In this document: positions 43,011-56,003 of the stretch, in pieces
Layout: each line of letters opens with the position of its first letter
Position numbering within the stretch: the first letter of the stretch is position 1
Assembly (NCBI GenBank): GCA_015059335.1
Contig: SVAP01000001.1
Coordinates: 158-64,157, forward strand
Origin: Bacillota bacterium
GTDB lineage: Bacteria > Bacillota_I > Bacilli_A > RF39 > UBA660
Length of the DNA: 64,000 nt
Direction: 5' to 3'
Made by a program: the position numbers and the translations under genes
The notes under the pieces: model-generated
The model's input: the letters and a program-made list of their open reading frames with translations, nothing else
Told to the model about the DNA's origin: nothing
Databases searched by the model: none

Positions 43011-43622
43011 ATGAAAGCTTTTAAAAATATTAGTAAGATAATTTCAACAATTATTTCTTATTCATGCCTTATTATTTTAATTATAATTGGACTTATTTTT
43101 ACAGTATATATTGTTGATGTTAAAATTCAACAATCTAAAGGTGGAATTCCTAAACCATTATTTGGTGCGTATGTAATAATAAGTGGTAGTATGGAACCTA
43201 ATATTCATGTATATGATGTAATTGTTTCAAAAAGAACAGATACTACTGAATTAAAAGAAGGAGATGTTATAACCTTCTATTCAAATGACAGTAGATTTTA
43301 TGGAGTTACTGTTACACACAGAATTGTGGAAGTAATTGACGCAGAAAAAGGTATATTTAGAACACGAGGGGATGCAAATAATGTTGAAGATGATGCATTA
43401 ACTATCGGTGAAAATATAATAGGTAAAGTTGTTATGAGAATTCCACAGTTAGGTAGATTGCAATTTTTCCTTGCTTCAAAAGGTGGATGGCTAATTGTTG
43501 TTCTAATTCCATGTTTGGCAATTATCTCATATGATATAGTTAAAATTGCTAAACTTACTTCTAAAAAAGCTTCAACAAAAAAACAATTAAAAACTAATTC
43601 AAATAAAACAAAAAATAAATAG
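43011..43622 (+). CDS. sipW: Signal peptidase I, SipW (S26B) type
   Basis: 'SGSMEP', 'VTHRIV', 'TRGDANNVED'. Confidence 0.9.
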   Translation: MKAFKNISKIISTIISYSCLIILIIIGLIFTVYIVDVKIQQSKGGIPKPLFGAYVIISGSMEPNIHVYDVIVSKRTDTTELKEGDVITFYSNDSRFYGVTVTHRIVEVIDAEKGIFRTRGDANNVEDDALTIGENIIGKVVMRIPQLGRLQFFLASKGGWLIVVLIPCLAIISYDIVKIAKLTSKKASTKKQLKTNSNKTKNK

Positions 43623-43632
43623 AATTTTCTAT

Positions 43633-44901
43633 TTATTTTTTATTTGTACCAATATTATTTGTAAGACCAAACAGTCTTGATTGTTGGACAATATGATATA
43701 TAGTGTTGTTTATTGGTAAATTAAATTCACCAATATATTCAATAACATCACTATTAAATCCTAATTTAAATCTATTAAGACCATAATACTTATTATTTTC
43801 TTTTTCAAAATTACCAACAATACCATTTAAATCAATATAATAAAAATTTGAATTTAAATACTCTTTGATAACAGTCCATTTTAATAAGTGATTTGGGTTA
43901 AATGATTTGAATGTTTCATCAATACCATCTATTAAAAATTGTAATTGCTTGTTATATTTTATAATCATTGAACCACCTATGATTATTCCGTCTGGATATT
44001 TAGCTGCCAATTCTGTAGCTTTAATTACATCTTTTTTATAAACATTTAATAATTTATCGGATTCAATCTTTTTATTAGTTAAATTTTTCTTTTTAACTTT
44101 TCTCATCATTTCTTTTAAAATCATATTGTTGTTTTCTAACTCATTTTCATATAAATATTTAGAAGTTTCCAAATATTTAATTGGATCAAGTTTTACTAGA
44201 TATAAATCAATCATATCTCTTTTTTTAAATATTTCATAATAATCATAATAATAACTTATAGGTCTATCATAGTTTTTCTTAATGAAATCATAAAATATAG
44301 GTATATCATGTTCAGTTCCTTTATATACTAGAAGACCTTTTCTCATAGAATTATTGATTTTATTTCTAATATCTTTAGAAAATGAGTTAAACATTTCATT
44401 TTCTTTCTTATCAAGTTTGATAACAGCATTCCATCTAGGTTTTAGTGCTTCAAAGTTGGTATTAAAACCTAAATGAATATATCCTAAATCTTTTAATTTA
44501 TTTATTAATGGAGTATTATCTTTACCACCTTGTATTATTTCGCCTTTTCTGTTTCTTGAACGATATATAAGAGGTGGGTCTATTTTTAAATAAGCGAAAT
44601 TTTTAGCTTTTAGAAACATTTTAATATGTCTAGTAAATTCTTTAAACAATTCATCATCATTATAATTTATCAAAAATCCTCTAGGTGCATACCCATATCT
44701 ATAATCGCCAAAAACATTTTTATAAATAATCAAAGTTGCTGCATGAACAGTACGTGCTTCATCCATAAATGCTAAATACATACATTTATATCCACGCTTT
44801 TCCATCCAGTCACCATATTCACTAGTTTGATAAAAATTTCTTATTTTATTTTTTTCAGAAAATTCATCAAAAACAGTTTTAGGAACTTCGTATAATCTCA
44901 T
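43633..44901 (-). CDS. FemABX/MurM-family peptidoglycan bridge peptidyltransferase
   Basis: 'FYQTSEYG', 'YAPRG', 'LKIDP', 'GLNRFKLGFN..VIEYIGEF'. Confidence 0.9.
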   Translation of the reverse strand: MRLYEVPKTVFDEFSEKNKIRNFYQTSEYGDWMEKRGYKCMYLAFMDEARTVHAATLIIYKNVFGDYRYGYAPRGFLINYNDDELFKEFTRHIKMFLKAKNFAYLKIDPPLIYRSRNRKGEIIQGGKDNTPLINKLKDLGYIHLGFNTNFEALKPRWNAVIKLDKKENEMFNSFSKDIRNKINNSMRKGLLVYKGTEHDIPIFYDFIKKNYDRPISYYYDYYEIFKKRDMIDLYLVKLDPIKYLETSKYLYENELENNNMILKEMMRKVKKKNLTNKKIESDKLLNVYKKDVIKATELAAKYPDGIIIGGSMIIKYNKQLQFLIDGIDETFKSFNPNHLLKWTVIKEYLNSNFYYIDLNGIVGNFEKENNKYYGLNRFKLGFNSDVIEYIGEFNLPINNTIYHIVQQSRLFGLTNNIGTNKK

Positions 44902-44999
44902 TAAAATACCTCCTTTTTCAAGAAATTAATCTATTATAGCACAAAAAGTTAACAATTGAAAGTTTTCGTAGTATAATTATATCAATAGGAGATGATAAA

Positions 45000-47583
<2,584 letters not shown>

Positions 47584-47596
47584 AGAGGTGGTTTAT

Positions 47597-49324
47597 ATGA
47601 AGAATAAAGGGTTTACTCTTGTAGAAGTTTTAGCTGCAGTTACAATAATATTAATGATTACTATTATTGCAGTGCCAACTAGCATGAAGTTTATAGAAAA
47701 AGGAAAAAATCAACAATATGAAATGTTAGAAAAACAAATACTAAGTGAGGCTAGTAAATACTATATAAAGAATAAAGATAATAAATGTATTGAATTAAGT
47801 AATTTAATAAATGGTATTGATGACAAATTTTTAAATGGAACCAAAATAATTGATCCAAGAAACAATAAAGAATTAAAAGGTATTGTTGAAGTAAGAATTA
47901 ATGAAAATAAAGTGAAATATAACTTGATTAGTGAAACATCAGATATTTGTACAGTTGATGGTAGTCAAGAACCGGCAGAAGTTCCAGATAATGTAGAGAT
48001 TTTTTATACTTACAGTCTTGTTGACGATAACACCGGCTATAAAGTAGGATTAGTCGATGGATTTAAAACAGCACTGAATAATAACGAAAATTATGTTGTA
48101 GATGGTGAGACTTTATGGACTGTTGGAAGCGCACTTCCTAATCCAGGTTCGACTTACGATGGTTTGCCGGTAACGGATATGAGCAATATGTTCTACAAGT
48201 GTGATAGATTAAAAGAGCTTGACTTATCTAATTTTGACACATCAAATGTAACAGATATGAGCTATATGTTCGATGGTTGTAGTTCATTAACGTCCCTTGA
48301 CTTATCTAATTTTGACACATCAAATGTAACAGATATGAGCTATATGTTTTTTAAGTGTAAAACTTTAACAGAACTAGATTTGTCCAATTTTGACACATCA
48401 AATGTAACTACTATGTGGTGGATGTTCAGTGGTTGTAGTTCATTAACGTCCCTTGATGTAACTAATTTTGATACATCAAATGTAAGTAATATGAGACGTA
48501 TGTTCAGTGGTTGTAGTTCATTAACGTCCCTTGACTTGAGTAGTTTTGACACATCAAATGTAACTATTATTGATGGTATGTTTAGTGGTTGTAGTTCATT
48601 AACATCCCTTGATGTAACTAATTTTGACACATCAAATGTAACATATATGAATGGTATGTTCGATGGTTGTAGTTCATTAACGTCCCTTGATGTAACTAAT
48701 TTTGACACATCAAATGTAACTACTATGAGTGGTATGTTCGATGATTGTAGTTCATTAACATCCCTTGATGTAACTAATTTTGACACATCAAATGTTACAG
48801 GCATGGGTAGTATGTTCAGTGGTTGTAGTTCATTAACGTCCCTTGACTTGAGTAATTTTGATACATCAAATGTAACTACTATGAGTAGTATGTTCAGTGG
48901 TTGTAGTTCATTAACGTCCCTTGACTTGAGTAATTTTGACACATCAAATGTAACTATTATTGATGGTATGTTTAGTGGTTGTAGTTCATTAACGTCCCTT
49001 GACTTGAGTAATTTTGACACATCAAATGTAACTACTATGAGTAGTATGTTCGATGGTTGTAGTTCATTAACGTCCCTTGACTTATCTGATTGGGATACCT
49101 CTAAAGTAACGGATATGTATATGATGTTTTGGGGATGTATGGACTTAACATCCCTTGACTTGAGTAGTTTTGACACATCAAATGTAACTACTATGGGCAG
49201 TATGTTTGGAGCGTGTCACTCATTAAAGTCTGTTGTTGCAAGAACGAGTGAAGAAAAAACGAAGTTTGAATCTGCCAGAGTTTTTTTAAATTATTATATA
49301 GTAACGGTTAAGTCCGCTGAATAA
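47597..49324 (+). CDS. Type IV prepilin-like protein fused to DUF285/BspA-type leucine-rich repeats
   Basis: 'KG|FTLVEVL' N-methylation motif; 13 full 26-aa repeats 'VTxMxxMFxGCSSLTSLDLSNFDTSN'. Confidence 0.88.
   Translation: MKNKGFTLVEVLAAVTIILMITIIAVPTSMKFIEKGKNQQYEMLEKQILSEASKYYIKNKDNKCIELSNLINGIDDKFLNGTKIIDPRNNKELKGIVEVRINENKVKYNLISETSDICTVDGSQEPAEVPDNVEIFYTYSLVDDNTGYKVGLVDGFKTALNNNENYVVDGETLWTVGSALPNPGSTYDGLPVTDMSNMFYKCDRLKELDLSNFDTSNVTDMSYMFDGCSSLTSLDLSNFDTSNVTDMSYMFFKCKTLTELDLSNFDTSNVTTMWWMFSGCSSLTSLDVTNFDTSNVSNMRRMFSGCSSLTSLDLSSFDTSNVTIIDGMFSGCSSLTSLDVTNFDTSNVTYMNGMFDGCSSLTSLDVTNFDTSNVTTMSGMFDDCSSLTSLDVTNFDTSNVTGMGSMFSGCSSLTSLDLSNFDTSNVTTMSSMFSGCSSLTSLDLSNFDTSNVTIIDGMFSGCSSLTSLDLSNFDTSNVTTMSSMFDGCSSLTSLDLSDWDTSKVTDMYMMFWGCMDLTSLDLSSFDTSNVTTMGSMFGACHSLKSVVARTSEEKTKFESARVFLNYYIVTVKSAE
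48170..49228 (+). repeat. 78-bp coding tandem repeat, 13 full copies plus 1 partial
   Basis: Unit starts GTAA at 48170 and recurs every 78 bp to 49184. Confidence 0.95.
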
Positions 49325-49559
49325 TGATATATAGAAGGTTCTCATATATAAAGAATCTTCTATTTTGTTTTTTTAGATATTATAGAAAATAAAAGTATGA
49401 AAACGGATAAGATAAAGATTAATACAATAATTTAGGTAGTTATCAACAAAAATTGTTGATAGAATATTTTATGAAATTTATAAATATAAATATAATATTA
49501 ATATTTGATTTTTTCTAATAAATATGATAAAGTATATTTACATGAAATGAGGGATTTTG

Positions 49560-49784
49560 ATGGACATATTATTAATGGTTATATCTATATTATTAATCGC
49601 ATTAGGTTTATTACAAAGTGGTAAGGCCGAAAGCGCATCTGGTGTTATATCAGGTGGAGGTAGTGACCTATTTTCTAATAGAAAAGAACGTGGTGGAGAA
49701 TTATTAATAAGTAGAATTACATTCACATTAGGTGCATTATTTTTAATAATATCATTTATTATATCTAGTGGAATAATAAAATAA
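49560..49784 (+). CDS. secG: Preprotein translocase subunit SecG
   Basis: 'LLQSGK...ISGGGSDLF..RKERG'; eno-secG-rnr-smpB synteny. Confidence 0.93.
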   Translation: MDILLMVISILLIALGLLQSGKAESASGVISGGGSDLFSNRKERGGELLISRITFTLGALFLIISFIISSGIIK

Positions 49785-49857
49785 TAAAGAAAACATTAAA
49801 AAAGACTATATATTTAGTCTTTTTTATTTTATAATAAATATAGGACGAGGGTGGATT

Positions 49858-51984
49858 ATGAAAGAACAATTATTAGAAATATTAAAAGCAAATGAAACAG
49901 CATACGAATTATCAGATTTAATAGATAAACTTAATGTAAAATCTAGTGAAGATATACAAGAAGTAATTAAATCATTAAATGAATTAGAAAATGAAGGAAC
50001 AGTATATAGGACTAAAAGGGATAAGTTTATGTATTTTCCATATTGCCATTTATTACAAGGAAAATTAGAAGTTAATAAAAAAGGATTTGGTTTTGTTAGA
50101 ACAAATGATGGTGATATTTATATTGGCGAAAGAAATATTAATGGTGCATTAAATGGTGATACTGTTATTATTGAATTAGTAGATAAAAATGCTATTAAAA
50201 AGGAAGGAAAAATTTTAAAAATTGTTAGTAGAGATTTAAAACAATTAGTTGGAGAATTTTATTATCAAAATAATAAAGCATATGTAAAATTAGATGATAA
50301 TAAATTAAATATTATAGTAGAATTACCAAAAGAAGAATGCCATGAGGCAGTTAATGGTCATAAAGTTGCGATTAGTTTAGGTAAAAAAATAAAGAATAAT
50401 ATATATAAGGGGAATTTAATAGAAATTTTAGGTCATAAAGATGATCCGAGAATAGATATTAAATCAATAGCTTATAAATATGGTATTGTTATGGATTTTC
50501 CAAAAGAAGCAATAGAAGAATTAAAAAACATACCTAGTGAAATATCTCAAAAAGATATAATAGATAGAAAAAATCATGATTTAAGAGATCAAATAATATT
50601 TACAATAGATGGTGATGATACTAAAGATATAGATGACGCTATTAGTATTGAAAAATTGGAAAATGGTAATTATAAATTAGGTGTACATATTGCAGATGTT
50701 AGTAATTATGTAACACATAATAGTGAATTAGACAAATCAGCTAGAGACAGAGGTACAAGTTCATATTTAGCTGACACAGTTATTCCGATGTTACCGCATT
50801 ATCTATCAAATGGTATATGTTCATTAAACCCTAATGTTGATAGACTTGCTATGACTGTTTATATGGAAATTGACAATCAAGGACAAGTCGTAAGTTATGA
50901 TATATTTGAAAGTGTTATTAGTTCAAGAAAACAAATGACATACAAAAACGTTAATAAAATTTTAGAAGAAAATATTATTCCAGAAGGATATGAAGAATAT
51001 GTTGACACATTAAATATGATGAGAGAATGTTCAGATATTCTTAGAAAAAGAATGAATGATAGAGGTTATTTGAATTTTGAACAAGAGGAAGCAAAAATTA
51101 TAACAGATGAAAATGGAAAATGTATTGATGTTAAGTTAAGAGAACGTGGTATTGGAGAAAATATGATTGAGAACTTCATGATTGTTACAAATGAAACTGT
51201 AGCGTCACATGTTTTCTATATGGATTTACCAACTATATACCGTATTCATGAATATCCAGAAGAAGAAAAAATAAGTGAGTTTTTAAAATATGTTAGTTTA
51301 TTAGGATATAAACTAACAGGTAAAAGAACTGATTTACATCCTAAACATATACAAAAAATATTAGAAGAATTAAGTGATAAAAAAGAATATAAAATATTAT
51401 CAAGTAAATTACTTCGTTGTATGAGAAAAGCTATTTATTCAAAACAAAATGTTGGTCACTATGGACTTGCAAGTAAGATTTATACACATTTTACTTCACC
51501 AATTAGAAGATACCCAGATTTAACATTCCATACTATATTAAAAGAAATTCTACATGGTAACATGGATAATAGAGAAATTGCATATTGGAATCAAGCACTT
51601 ATGTATATTGCTGAACATAGTTCTGAAAGAGAAAGAGCAAGTATTGAGTGTGAACGTGAAGTAGATGATTTAAAAATGGCTGAATACATGCAAGACCATA
51701 TTGGAGAGGAATATACAGGTATGGTTGCTTCAATCATGAATTTCGGTATGTTTGTTCAATTAAACAACATGATAGAAGGATTAGTACACATTAAAGATAT
51801 GAAAGATGATTTTTATAATTATGATGAAGTATCAGAAACATTAAGAGGAGAAAGAACTGGAAAAATATATAAACTAGGCGATGAAGTTGATGTAAAAGTT
51901 ATTGCAGCATCAACAGAAGAAAGAACAATAGATTTTGAAATAGTTAAAAAAAAGGTGTTGACTAGAAATGAGAAGAATAATTAA
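49858..51984 (+). CDS. rnr: Ribonuclease R
   Basis: 'TIDGDDTKDIDDAI', 'HFTSPIRRYPDL', S1 domain. Confidence 0.96.
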   Translation: MKEQLLEILKANETAYELSDLIDKLNVKSSEDIQEVIKSLNELENEGTVYRTKRDKFMYFPYCHLLQGKLEVNKKGFGFVRTNDGDIYIGERNINGALNGDTVIIELVDKNAIKKEGKILKIVSRDLKQLVGEFYYQNNKAYVKLDDNKLNIIVELPKEECHEAVNGHKVAISLGKKIKNNIYKGNLIEILGHKDDPRIDIKSIAYKYGIVMDFPKEAIEELKNIPSEISQKDIIDRKNHDLRDQIIFTIDGDDTKDIDDAISIEKLENGNYKLGVHIADVSNYVTHNSELDKSARDRGTSSYLADTVIPMLPHYLSNGICSLNPNVDRLAMTVYMEIDNQGQVVSYDIFESVISSRKQMTYKNVNKILEENIIPEGYEEYVDTLNMMRECSDILRKRMNDRGYLNFEQEEAKIITDENGKCIDVKLRERGIGENMIENFMIVTNETVASHVFYMDLPTIYRIHEYPEEEKISEFLKYVSLLGYKLTGKRTDLHPKHIQKILEELSDKKEYKILSSKLLRCMRKAIYSKQNVGHYGLASKIYTHFTSPIRRYPDLTFHTILKEILHGNMDNREIAYWNQALMYIAEHSSERERASIECEREVDDLKMAEYMQDHIGEEYTGMVASIMNFGMFVQLNNMIEGLVHIKDMKDDFYNYDEVSETLRGERTGKIYKLGDEVDVKVIAASTEERTIDFEIVKKKVLTRNEKNN

Positions 51985-53122
51985 AAATATTCTACTTATA
52001 TTTCTTGCGATAGATACTGTTACAACAAATGTATATATCGCTAAAATTAAAACTAGTGTTAAAGAAGATGTAGCTGAAATAAAAATTGAGACTCCAAAAG
52101 AAATATATCCAAAAAATTATAAGTTAAGTCTTATTATGACTGGTGATGCTTTGATACACACAACTGTTTATGGAGATGCACACCTTGGTAATAATAATTA
52201 TGATTTTACTAAACAAATGACATATATATCACCAATTATACAAAATTATGATTTAGCGTTTTATAATCAAGAAACAATAATTGGTGGTAAAGATTTAGGC
52301 ATGTCGTCTTATCCATTATTTAATTCGCCGGATGAAATAGGGGATTGTATGGTTAATATGGGATTTAACCTAGTAAACTTAACTAGTAACCACACACTTG
52401 ATAAAGGTGAAAGGGGTATACTACATTCATTAAATTATTGGAAACAAAAAGAAGGGGTATTAACAGCTGGTTCATATGAAAGTGAAGAAGACAGAATTAC
52501 TCCTAGAATCATGGAAAAAAACAATATAAAATACACGTTACTTGCTTATACAACCAGTACAAATGGATTATATCATCCTGATGGTAAAAATTATTATGCG
52601 GTTACATATTCTGATCAAAAAGTAAAAGAGGATATTGAAAGAGTAAAAGACCAAGTTGACGTAATACTTGTATCTATGCACTGGGGAAATGAATATTGGC
52701 ATAGTGCAAGTGACGAACAAAAAAGAGTTGCAAGATACTTATCTGACTTAGGTGTTGATATCGTAATAGGTACACATCCACATGTATTACAACCAATAGA
52801 ATATATTGGTAATACATTGGTTATTTATTCACTCGGAAATTTTATTTCTGCACAAATAGGTGTTGAAAGACTTACTGGAGCATTAGTTTCAGTAGATATC
52901 AACAAAACTGTGGAAGAAGATCAAACATCAAATATTACACTTAATAATTTAAATACAGAATTAATTTATACATATTATAGAAATTGGTCTAATTATAAAG
53001 TTATTCCATATAGAATGTTAACAGATAATGAGTTATATAATTATAAAACATATTATGATAAATTTTCTAATATTATAAGAAAATATGATAATACAATTCC
53101 AATTGTAAGCTTGGAGGGATAA
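51968..53122 (+). CDS. CapA/PgsA-family metallophosphoesterase-like protein
   Basis: 'TGDALIH', 'NQET', 'SNHTLDKG', 'MHWGNEY', 'GTHPHV', 'YSLGNF'. Confidence 0.9.
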   Translation: MRRIIKNILLIFLAIDTVTTNVYIAKIKTSVKEDVAEIKIETPKEIYPKNYKLSLIMTGDALIHTTVYGDAHLGNNNYDFTKQMTYISPIIQNYDLAFYNQETIIGGKDLGMSSYPLFNSPDEIGDCMVNMGFNLVNLTSNHTLDKGERGILHSLNYWKQKEGVLTAGSYESEEDRITPRIMEKNNIKYTLLAYTTSTNGLYHPDGKNYYAVTYSDQKVKEDIERVKDQVDVILVSMHWGNEYWHSASDEQKRVARYLSDLGVDIVIGTHPHVLQPIEYIGNTLVIYSLGNFISAQIGVERLTGALVSVDINKTVEEDQTSNITLNNLNTELIYTYYRNWSNYKVIPYRMLTDNELYNYKTYYDKFSNIIRKYDNTIPIVSLEG

Positions 53123-53124
53123 AC

Positions 53125-53559
53125 ATGGAGATATTAAATAAAAAAGCTAGATTTGATTATTTTATAGACGAAGAATATGAAGCGGGCATTGTTTTAAAAG
53201 GTACTGAAATCAAATCAATAAGGAATGGAAGTGCGAATTTAAAGGATAGTTATGCCATTATTAAAAATGGTGAAGCTTTTCTTTTAAACATGTATATCGC
53301 ACCATATAAAGAAGGTAATAGATTTAATCACGAAGAAACAAGAACAAGAAAGTTATTACTTCATAAAAAAGAAATATTAAAAATTAAAAATAAATTAGAT
53401 ATTGAAGGATATGCACTTTTTCCAATTAAAGTATATATTAGTAGGGGTAAAGCAAAAGTATTGCTAGGTATTGGAAAAGGTAAAAAACTATATGATAAAA
53501 GAGAAACAATAAAAAAACGAGATCAAGATAGGGAAATTAAAAAGATAGTTAGATATTAA
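53125..53559 (+). CDS. smpB: SsrA-binding protein
   Basis: 'EAGIVLKGTEIKSIR', 'RKLLLHKKEI'. Confidence 0.97.
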   Translation: MEILNKKARFDYFIDEEYEAGIVLKGTEIKSIRNGSANLKDSYAIIKNGEAFLLNMYIAPYKEGNRFNHEETRTRKLLLHKKEILKIKNKLDIEGYALFPIKVYISRGKAKVLLGIGKGKKLYDKRETIKKRDQDREIKKIVRY

Positions 53560-53596
53560 TGTTTTAATAATTTAACCTAATAAAGTAGGGATTTAT

Positions 53597-55477
53597 ATGA
53601 GAAGGAAAAAAAAGGGGTTTTCGCTTATAGAATTACTAATGGTAATAGTATTAACCGCACTAATAGCTACTATATGTTATATAGTAACATTCAATATAGT
53701 TAAAAATACAAAAAAAGAAATAGCTGTTGGTAATGTAAAAACTTTATCAAAAATTGTTAAAGATGCGATAAAGATAGATAAAGTAAGTGATAAAAAATTA
53801 GTTGATGATGCATTTTTTATAATTAAGAATAACAAGGAATATTATATAAATAAAAATGGAACAACTATTCCAACTAATTATTTTCAATATGAGGGTAAGC
53901 CTTGTAAAAACTGTATAATTAAAATTAAATCTGGTAAAAATATATCAATAATTTCAGAAGATGAAGATTACGATATTAAAAAGGATTATGATTCTAATGA
54001 AGTACATATTAATTCTTTAATAATATCTAGGGAAATTACATCTTTATATAATGAATTAGATTTGTTTAAAGAAATTTATTTATCACACAATAGTGTTAAT
54101 GAATTAAAAAGGTTTATTTTTGAAAATGGTTATATATATGAAATACATAATGATGGATCAAAAGAACAAGTTTTTAAAATAAATAATTATCATATAAAAG
54201 GTAAGATAGTAATATATAAATCTTTAAAATTTGAATATACAATAGAACCATCAAACAATGAAATAATAACCATAAATGATAAAGGTGGATTTAATAGAGT
54301 AAAGAATGTTAACAATAAATATTCAGATAGTGTTCTATCTCTTTATGAGGAAATAAAATTTTCAGCCTTAAGATATATAGAAAATAATACTATATCTTCT
54401 GAAGCTTATTTTGAATTTGATAATGGTTCAATACATAAAGTAGATGAATATGGAAATAAAATAATAGATAATACAATATCAATGAATTCTAATATAACTG
54501 GTAGTGGTGAATTAAGAATTAATTCATCTAATCAATATCAAATAATAATATATGATGGTATTTATAATATTCAAAACAAATATGGAAATGATTTATTAAA
54601 TAAAGAAAAGCAAACATTTACAAGTGATGTTAGAACACTATTTAAAAATTTAGGAAGACTAGAATTATTAGCAGAAAAGTACTCAAATAATGTAACATCG
54701 TCTGACTATTTACCTTCTAAAAGTGATTGGTTAGTATTTTATTATATTAGACAATTAAAATATAAAAGTTCAAATTGGGATACAGTTTCAAGTAGTGATA
54801 ATGCATTTGTTACATATGTAAATAATAATGGTTCTTATTTAAAAGACTATTTCACAAAGAAAAATACATTTAGTATTAATGGGAATAATATAGATTTAAA
54901 ACATATGGCAGCAGTTATGGCAAGTCGTATGTATCAAACAGCAAGTGGATCATATGGTTTACTTAATCAAATAACAGTTGACTCAATTGCTAGTTGGGCA
55001 GGAGATCTTCAAACATTTATGGTTGACAATTTATTGCCTACTGTAACTGATAAAACTATAAATGGGTATAAAAAGGCTACATTGGAAATGTTAGGTAATA
55101 GTAATACAAATTTTAGCATGGATGATATATATGCAGATACTGATGCTTGGATTATATATTATAACTTGTCAAAAAATACTAATCTTACAATTAAACAAGC
55201 CTTTGAAGCTTTTTACTCAGGAGAATCTGCACGTTCTTATAAAAATAGATTTACATCATTTAAGAACACAGTGTTAAATAATAGTAACGGAACAAAATCT
55301 GCTTTTTCTAATTTAGTTTATAAATTTACTAAACAAAATTATGAAGTTGATCTTATCCTATTTACATATACTGAAAAATGGCCTTTGTATGGTTCAAGCA
55401 CTATTACATCTGCAATGTCACAAGGTGTTAGAAATGGATTTACAGAATGGATATATAACCAAATCGAAAAAGAATAA
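53597..55477 (+). CDS. Large type IV prepilin-like protein with a C-terminal YbfG/BacA-like domain
   Basis: 'KG|FSLIELL' motif; C-terminal 'DLKHMAA...SWAGDLQT...FSMDDIYADTDA'. Confidence 0.7.
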   Translation: MRRKKKGFSLIELLMVIVLTALIATICYIVTFNIVKNTKKEIAVGNVKTLSKIVKDAIKIDKVSDKKLVDDAFFIIKNNKEYYINKNGTTIPTNYFQYEGKPCKNCIIKIKSGKNISIISEDEDYDIKKDYDSNEVHINSLIISREITSLYNELDLFKEIYLSHNSVNELKRFIFENGYIYEIHNDGSKEQVFKINNYHIKGKIVIYKSLKFEYTIEPSNNEIITINDKGGFNRVKNVNNKYSDSVLSLYEEIKFSALRYIENNTISSEAYFEFDNGSIHKVDEYGNKIIDNTISMNSNITGSGELRINSSNQYQIIIYDGIYNIQNKYGNDLLNKEKQTFTSDVRTLFKNLGRLELLAEKYSNNVTSSDYLPSKSDWLVFYYIRQLKYKSSNWDTVSSSDNAFVTYVNNNGSYLKDYFTKKNTFSINGNNIDLKHMAAVMASRMYQTASGSYGLLNQITVDSIASWAGDLQTFMVDNLLPTVTDKTINGYKKATLEMLGNSNTNFSMDDIYADTDAWIIYYNLSKNTNLTIKQAFEAFYSGESARSYKNRFTSFKNTVLNNSNGTKSAFSNLVYKFTKQNYEVDLILFTYTEKWPLYGSSTITSAMSQGVRNGFTEWIYNQIEKE

Positions 55478-55551
55478 TTTATAAAGCAGTATTGAACTAA
55501 TACTGTTTTTTTTTACATTTTTAATTATTTGTGGTATAATACTGTGCACAT

Positions 55552-55912
55552 GGGGATGAATTGATTCGACAGAAATAATGAGTTAACTATTGCAAGTCGT
55601 AGGTATGCGTTAATTCCACAAAACCGAAATAAACGGAAAAAATAATTATAACTTTGCACCTTCTTTTGCCTAATTAATTTAGGGTTGGTGTAAGCTTCTT
55701 TTATTTCCTTGTTCACGGGAAATATTAGGGGCTCATATTTAGTGAACTATATTATTCTATTGTCTTGCTAGAATAACGAACAATTAAAGACTTACTAATA
55801 GATAGGTTTGTCAATTTGTTTTATCTATTAGGACATTCAAAAATTGACTAAACTTGTAGATATACTAATGATTTATTTTTGGACAGGGGTTCGCTACCCC
55901 TCATCTCCACCA
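55552..55912 (+). ncRNA. ssrA: tmRNA; tag peptide (A)GKNNYNFAPSFA*
   Basis: 5' GGGGATG..GATTCGAC; 3' GGGGTTCG...CCCC-TCATCTCCACCA; resume context AAATAAAC|GGA at 55635; near smpB. Confidence 0.93.
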
Positions 55913-56003
55913 ATTATGTTGTAGTCTCTCAAATGAGAGTTTTTTTATGCATTTTTTATTATATATATACATATATTTAAAAGTGAATGCAAGGAGGAAA
56001 TAT

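Noticed and set aside
48340-49176. 278-aa minus-strand ORF
   Set aside because: Antisense shadow of the repeat array
48170-49228. 78-bp repeats as a CRISPR array or DGR target
   Set aside because: Repeats are contiguous, in-frame coding LRR units with no unique spacers; no cas or reverse transcriptase gene in the window
49330-49372. preQ1 riboswitch-like AGAAGGTTCT sequence
   Set aside because: Forms a simple terminator after the pilin-LRR gene; lacks the A-rich pseudoknot tail and a relevant downstream gene
55525-55716. 63-aa minus-strand ORF
   Set aside because: Overlaps tmRNA on the opposite strand
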